DNA of 44,505 bases from Mycoplasmatota bacterium. Its GTDB lineage: Bacteria; Bacillota_I; Bacilli_A; RF39; UBA660. The notes beneath the pieces are model-generated. The model saw only the letters and a list, made by a program, of their open reading frames with translations, was not told the origin of the DNA and ran no database searches. The translations under genes were made by a program, and so were the position numbers. The DNA is taken from contig JAAYGD010000037.1 of the NCBI GenBank assembly GCA_012727915.1, forward strand, positions 1-44,505, given 5' to 3'. The stretch's first letter is position 1, and each line of letters opens with the position of its first letter. Of the stretch, positions 39,601-44,505 are shown piece after piece.

Positions 39601-39632
39601 ATAGAGTGCTATAATTATTATAAGGAGAATAT

Positions 39633-40742
39633 ATGAGAAAAAGAAAAAAAAGAAAATTTAAAACTTTTTTGATTCTAATATTTTTATTAGGATTAGCTTT
39701 TATATTTTACTATATAGATAAAAACGATAATGATTATACAGATAAAGAAATAAATAAAAAATTAAAAGAACTAGGATATAAAGAAGATTCTATTAATAAA
39801 ATAAAAGAATTAAACTTAATAGATAAAATAAATGTTTATTCAAATAACTTAGAAGAAGCTTTAAATAAAAATATATTTAATGAAAACTGTATAGAAAGTT
39901 ATATTAATTTAAATAAAGATTTTAATACAATATATAAACTATGTAATTTAAATTATAATGATTCTGAAATAAAAGAAATTACTAATAATTTAGATTCAGA
40001 TACTATTAATAAAATTAATACTTATTTAGATAAATTAAGTCTTTATTCAACACATAATAATTTCATATTAGATAATTATGATAGATATAACAATTATGAA
40101 GAAACAGATATAAAGAAAAAAATATCATATGTAAATGTAAATTTAGATTATGAATTTTATGAAAATATAAAAGATTCAATAAATACAAATAATAACTTAG
40201 TATTAGTTAATAAATATTATAAATTAAGTGAAGATTATATTAATATTATGGATAACATAAGTATAGAATGCGCAGTAAGATATGATATTAAATTAGAAAC
40301 AAAAGCAAAAGAAGCATTTGAAAAACTATGTTTAGATGCTAAAGAATTAGGATATAAAATAGTAGGAGTATCAGGTTATAGATCATATAATACCCAAAAA
40401 ATAATATATAATAATTACTTAAAATCAGATTCTATTAAAAATGTTGATACCTACTCCGCTAGAGCAGGTCACTCAGAACATCAAACAGGATATGCTATAG
40501 ATGTATCAAATAACAATCTACCTTATAATAAATTTGGTTCTACTACAGAATATCAATGGGCAAAAGATAATATTCATAAATATGGATTTATTATTAGATA
40601 TACTACTGATAATCAATATATTACTGGATACAAAAATGAACCATGGCACTTTAGATATGTTGGAATTGAAGCAGCTACATACATTTATAACAACTCAATA
40701 ACATTAGAAGAATATTTATTAAACAATAAAGAAAAAATTTAA
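39633..40742 (+). CDS. M15B family D,D-/L,D-carboxypeptidase (VanY/LdcB-like), membrane anchored
   Basis: N-terminal TM, LVNK, SGYRSY..Q, SARAGHSEHQTGYAID, YGFIIRY, EPWHFRYVG. Confidence 0.9.
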   Translation: MRKRKKRKFKTFLILIFLLGLAFIFYYIDKNDNDYTDKEINKKLKELGYKEDSINKIKELNLIDKINVYSNNLEEALNKNIFNENCIESYINLNKDFNTIYKLCNLNYNDSEIKEITNNLDSDTINKINTYLDKLSLYSTHNNFILDNYDRYNNYEETDIKKKISYVNVNLDYEFYENIKDSINTNNNLVLVNKYYKLSEDYINIMDNISIECAVRYDIKLETKAKEAFEKLCLDAKELGYKIVGVSGYRSYNTQKIIYNNYLKSDSIKNVDTYSARAGHSEHQTGYAIDVSNNNLPYNKFGSTTEYQWAKDNIHKYGFIIRYTTDNQYITGYKNEPWHFRYVGIEAATYIYNNSITLEEYLLNNKEKI

Positions 40743-40763
40743 AAGAAGCATATGCTTCTTTTA
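40740..40763. terminator. Bidirectional intrinsic terminator between convergent genes
   Basis: Perfect 24-bp palindrome TAAAAGAAGCATATGCTTCTTTTA spanning both stop codons. Confidence 0.75.
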
Positions 40764-42035
40764 TTGTATAACTCCTAATACTATATATTCTTTATTTACT
40801 AAATTATCTTCTATTTTAAACGATTCAATAACATCATTCAAATCAATAGTTTTATTTTCATAATATACTCTTGCTATTACATCTCCTACCTTAACATTAT
40901 CTCCAACATTCTTAACAAGTTCTATACCTACTCCATGATTAATACCTTGTTCTTTAGATAATCTTCCAGCTCCTAAATTCATTACTAACTTACCAATACT
41001 TAAAGCATTAATTCCATTAATATAACCATTTTTATTACTTTTTACTTCAATTATATTATTAGATATCTTAATATTATCAATATTACCACCTTGTTTTAAT
41101 ATCATATCTTTAAACTTATTTAAAGCCTTACCATTGATTAAATTATTTACTACCATATCTCTAGCTTCCTTATAATCAATATTCTTAGATAAACTAACCA
41201 TATATGCCGCTAAAACCAAACATAATTCCTTTAATTCCTTATTACCTCTATAACTCAATATATCAATTGCTTCCTTTACTTCCAAACCATTACCAATCAT
41301 ATTTCCTAATGGATTATCCATATTAGATAATATAGCTATAGTCTTTTTATTATACCTATTACCTATCTTAACCATTATCTTTGCTAACTCAATAGCAGCT
41401 TCCTTATCTTTAACTAAAGCCCCTATTCCATACTTTACATCAAGTACTATTTTATCAGCACCAGACGCTATCTTTTTGCTCATTATAGAAGACGCTATTA
41501 AAGGTATTGAATTAGTAGTACCAGTTACATCTCTTAAAGCATATATTTTCTTATCAGCTGGAGCAATATTCTCCGTTTGAGATATTATAGACAAATTTAT
41601 TTCATTAATTTGTCTTACAAATTCTTCTTCACTAAGATTAGTTCTAAATCCACTAATAGCTTCCAATTTATCAATTGTACCTCCAGTATATCCTAGTCCC
41701 CTTCCACTCATCTTAACAAAAGGAACACCACAACTAGCTACCAAAGGCCCAACTATCAATGTAGTCTTATCCCCTATTCCTCCAGTAGAATGTTTATCTA
41801 CCTTAATACCATTTATACTAGATAAATTAATTACATTCCCACTCTTAACCATAGCATCAACTAAAAAATATATCTCTTCCATATTCATTCCATTAAAACA
41901 TATAGTCATTAATAAAGATGACATTTGATAATCTTTTATTTCACCATTCATAAAACCATTAATAACATAATTAATCTCTTCATTACTTAATACTTCATTA
42001 TTCTTTTTCTTATTAATTATTTCAACTATATTCAT
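40761..42035 (-). CDS. pdp: Pyrimidine-nucleoside/thymidine phosphorylase
   Basis: DYQMSS, DKHSTGGIGDK, KMSGRGLG.TGGTIDKLE, YALRDVT, IASSIMSKK. Confidence 0.95.
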   Translation of the reverse strand: MNIVEIINKKKNNEVLSNEEINYVINGFMNGEIKDYQMSSLLMTICFNGMNMEEIYFLVDAMVKSGNVINLSSINGIKVDKHSTGGIGDKTTLIVGPLVASCGVPFVKMSGRGLGYTGGTIDKLEAISGFRTNLSEEEFVRQINEINLSIISQTENIAPADKKIYALRDVTGTTNSIPLIASSIMSKKIASGADKIVLDVKYGIGALVKDKEAAIELAKIMVKIGNRYNKKTIAILSNMDNPLGNMIGNGLEVKEAIDILSYRGNKELKELCLVLAAYMVSLSKNIDYKEARDMVVNNLINGKALNKFKDMILKQGGNIDNIKISNNIIEVKSNKNGYINGINALSIGKLVMNLGAGRLSKEQGINHGVGIELVKNVGDNVKVGDVIARVYYENKTIDLNDVIESFKIEDNLVNKEYIVLGVIQ

Positions 42036-42068
42036 AATATCACCAATTCCATTTTAACATAAAAAAAA

Positions 42069-42091
42069 AGATTAGGAAACAATCCTAACCT
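42069..42091 (-). terminator. Putative intrinsic terminator overlapping the stop of the 73-aa ORF
   Basis: ttagga-aacaa-tcctaa stem followed by a minus-strand T run. Confidence 0.5.
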
Positions 42092-42306
42092 TCATAATGC
42101 ATAATCATTTTTGCTAAGTGTTTAACATCACTAAGAGCTTCATTATTATCATATATTGGTTCTTCTACTTGAGGTAACGTAATTCCAAGATGTTCAGCAA
42201 CTTCTTGATCATAACCAGAATAACCATTATAAAGACTTTTCTCTAAACGATATTCAGCAGCCACCAATTCCCCTCTTAGTTTTTGTAATATTTCACTTTT
42301 TTTCAT
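42085..42306 (-). CDS. Small hypothetical protein
   Basis: 73 aa, strong RBS AGGGAGGG, upstream TG-TATAAT, own terminator. Confidence 0.65.
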   Translation of the reverse strand: MKKSEILQKLRGELVAAEYRLEKSLYNGYSGYDQEVAEHLGITLPQVEEPIYDNNEALSDVKHLAKMIMHYEG

Positions 42307-42351
42307 TCAAATACCCTCCCTTTGATTTTGTATTATACACCATATTTTAAA

Positions 42352-43842
42352 TTATTTCAAAAATTTTGCATAATATTTAGAATTTTTTATTAATTCACCA
42401 TTAAACTCTTCAAACCCCATCTCTTCACCAATAGTTTTTTCATTAGAAAAAAGGTTTGTTCCAAGTCCCAATCTATTACCTTCTATTTCAACACCTAAAC
42501 TCGCTAAAGTAGTAGGAAAGAGATCTAATACAGTTGCAATTCTATTCTTAGTATTATTAGTTTTAATAGGAGAATTTATAATTGCATTATATATCTTTCT
42601 ATCACTATTATCATTCAAAAAATTATTATTCATAGTTAAATGATCTCCCACCAATATAATAGTAGTATTTTCATAAAAAGGTTGTAATTTAATCCAATCA
42701 ATAAATTCCTTAATCTTTTTATCAGAGCATAATATTGCATTTGCGTATGATACATCATATTTAAGTTCACACTCACTATCTACATATCCATCAAAAAAAT
42801 GAGTATCTACAGTAAGCAATGTCAAATTAAATGGTTCATTCATCTCATACAATTCATTCAACTTATCCTTAGCAAATTCAAATAACTTCTTATCTTCATA
42901 TCCCCAAAATACAAAATAATCTTTATCTATTCTTTTTAACTCCTTAGCTTTTAAATAATCCCATATTTCATAATTACCTTTTTGAGTATAATATTGTCTT
43001 CTACTTCCAAAATCAGCATTAGAACCAATCATAAAAACTTGATTATAATTTTCCTCTTCAAGTATCTCTCCAAGACTTATAATACCCGGTAAAAACTCTT
43101 GATACTTTCCATAAGCATTATCATCAATTGGTATATTAAATGGTATACCAGTTGTTTGACCAACTAAACTAGCCATAGTCCAATCAGTTAAATTAGCTTG
43201 ATACAAACCTCCAAAAGATTCATTATTAGAAAAAGAAATATTCTCACTAGAAATTACTTCCAAATTAGAAATCAAATTATCATTTAAATAATTACTATAA
43301 GATGATTCCATAGACTCTAAATTAATATATATTAAATTTCTCTTTACTTTAGGAAACACAATAGATATTGAATCAGGAGATACATATCTTTCTTCATATA
43401 TCATAGATATAGATGTTTTATGTTTAATAAAATCAATTACTTTAAAACTATAACCAAAATATACAATAGTAATCAATATTAATACTATCTTAACTATTAC
43501 TTTATTTAATACATTATTTACCTTACCAAAAGATATTGGATATATAACTAATCTCTTACTTCTTTTAAAACAATTAATATTTAATACCAATTGTTTATTC
43601 AATTTTATAGATATCCAATTAATAAATAATAATACTAATATTAACGCAATAAAAATAATAAATGCCACAATAAAATCATACACAACAGCATCATTATTTC
43701 CACCTTCTCTATGTGTAATTATATATAATATACCTTCAAACTTTATATTATAAAAAGTACTCTTCAACCAATAAGAAACATATACTATAAATATTAATAT
43801 AAATAAAAATATACTATTTACTACGCTTAGTTTTCTTTTCAT
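42352..43842 (-). CDS. LTA synthase family / phosphoglycerol transferase (MdoB/OpgB-like)
   Basis: N-terminal TMs, RNLIYI.LESME, WTMASL (catalytic Thr), WGYED, LTVDTH, LVGDH, D.FPTTLA.LG, LGLGTNLF. Confidence 0.88.
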   Translation of the reverse strand: MKRKLSVVNSIFLFILIFIVYVSYWLKSTFYNIKFEGILYIITHREGGNNDAVVYDFIVAFIIFIALILVLLFINWISIKLNKQLVLNINCFKRSKRLVIYPISFGKVNNVLNKVIVKIVLILITIVYFGYSFKVIDFIKHKTSISMIYEERYVSPDSISIVFPKVKRNLIYINLESMESSYSNYLNDNLISNLEVISSENISFSNNESFGGLYQANLTDWTMASLVGQTTGIPFNIPIDDNAYGKYQEFLPGIISLGEILEEENYNQVFMIGSNADFGSRRQYYTQKGNYEIWDYLKAKELKRIDKDYFVFWGYEDKKLFEFAKDKLNELYEMNEPFNLTLLTVDTHFFDGYVDSECELKYDVSYANAILCSDKKIKEFIDWIKLQPFYENTTIILVGDHLTMNNNFLNDNSDRKIYNAIINSPIKTNNTKNRIATVLDLFPTTLASLGVEIEGNRLGLGTNLFSNEKTIGEEMGFEEFNGELIKNSKYYAKFLK

Positions 43843-44179
43843 TTTTGTTTACCTCTTTTTCAGATATCTTTTCAATAACAAAATCTAATTTAATTACACT
43901 CTTCAAATAATAAGTAATTATAGGTAATACTAAACATAATACAAAAGATATTAACATATACTTAAAAGTAAACTCATTAGTAAATAATTCAATATTCATA
44001 ATATCAGAACTCTTATAAAAGAAACTATTCATTATAAATAATATTATAAAATTAATAAAAACTAAATAATATATATATTCAAACAAATAATATATATATT
44101 TCTTATCTTTCTTTTCAATACTATTAATAAAATAAACCGCAAGAATAGGCATTAGATAGATACTAATAAACATCATCAT
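43814..44179 (-). CDS. Hypothetical membrane protein upstream of the LTA synthase family gene
   Basis: Three hydrophobic segments, RBS GAGGTG, overlaps the downstream gene. Confidence 0.65.
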   Translation of the reverse strand: MMMFISIYLMPILAVYFINSIEKKDKKYIYYLFEYIYYLVFINFIILFIMNSFFYKSSDIMNIELFTNEFTFKYMLISFVLCLVLPIITYYLKSVIKLDFVIEKISEKEVNKNEKKTKRSK

Positions 44180-44246
44180 TATTACACCTCTTAATAACTA
44201 TTTAGTATATATTTATTACAATATAAAGTCAATTAAAAAACAATAA

Positions 44247-44505
44247 CTAAATTATTGTTTTAATAATAGGTATTTTACTTAATATAAAAGAAATAAACAT
44301 ACTAATTACAAATACAAATAAAGATATAAGTGGTACAGAAAATATTGGATTAAACCAACTAGAACTAATATCTCTCTCAACTAAATACCTTAGTATAGCA
44401 GGATGAGTCAAATATACCCCAAAAGATAACAAAGATATATTCTTTATAAAAATCCCTTTTTTAAAATTAATATTCTTAATAAATAAAAATATAGCACTTG
44501 CAGAT
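44247..44505 (-). CDS. Acyltransferase family 3 membrane protein, C-terminal part (runs off the right window edge)
   Basis: Frame open to the window end: ...SAIFLFIK...SLLSFGVYLTHP...ILSKIPII. The S(F/Y)GVYL.H motif is typical of Acyl_transf_3. Confidence 0.75.
   Translation of the reverse strand, partial: SASAIFLFIKNINFKKGIFIKNISLLSFGVYLTHPAILRYLVERDISSSWFNPIFSVPLISLFVFVISMFISFILSKIPIIKTII

Noticed and set aside
40740..40763. Second perfect palindrome with a CATATG centre as another DUF134-type operator
   Set aside because: It spans two convergent stop codons and has A/T tails on both sides, so a bidirectional terminator explains it.

Overview
AT-rich chromosomal segment (GC roughly 22-25% by eye) from a low-GC Bacillota/Bacilli genome. 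TGA acts as a stop and TGG as Trp, so it uses code 11; an RF39-like lineage is an inference from gene content and style. Almost all genes are on the minus strand. Housekeeping blocks: two M16 peptidases, deoD, lon, tig; greA, two U32 proteins, TrmR-like methyltransferase, DUF1292, ruvX, IreB; alaS, xseB, xseA; nusB; mutS; scpAB; a cell-envelope cluster (MurJ-like flippase, GH31, murE, membrane-anchored murF, murT-gatD, M15 carboxypeptidase); pdp; an LTA-synthase/phosphoglycerol-transferase locus; three tRNAs (Arg-CCT, Met-CAT, Leu-CAA). The most striking element is a 1234-aa type IV pilin-like adhesin (24465-28169). Its C-terminus has two different Cys tandem repeats (5-aa CNPYS type and 4-aa CYDT type), each arm with exactly 13 Cys, bracketing a 53-aa, 6-Cys segment whose spacing looks like a circularly permuted defensin (CSalpha-beta) motif. 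This suggests a disulfide-laddered 'stalk-and-knob' tip. A headless paralogous C-terminal cassette with a dockerin-like insert lies about 4 kb downstream. Other oddities: a perfect 22-bp palindrome over the -35 of a thioredoxin-DUF5320-DUF134 insert, a GatD lacking its catalytic Cys/His, a GH31 with Lys at the acid/base position, and an apparently leaderless mutS. No mobile element, CRISPR array or reverse transcriptase was seen.
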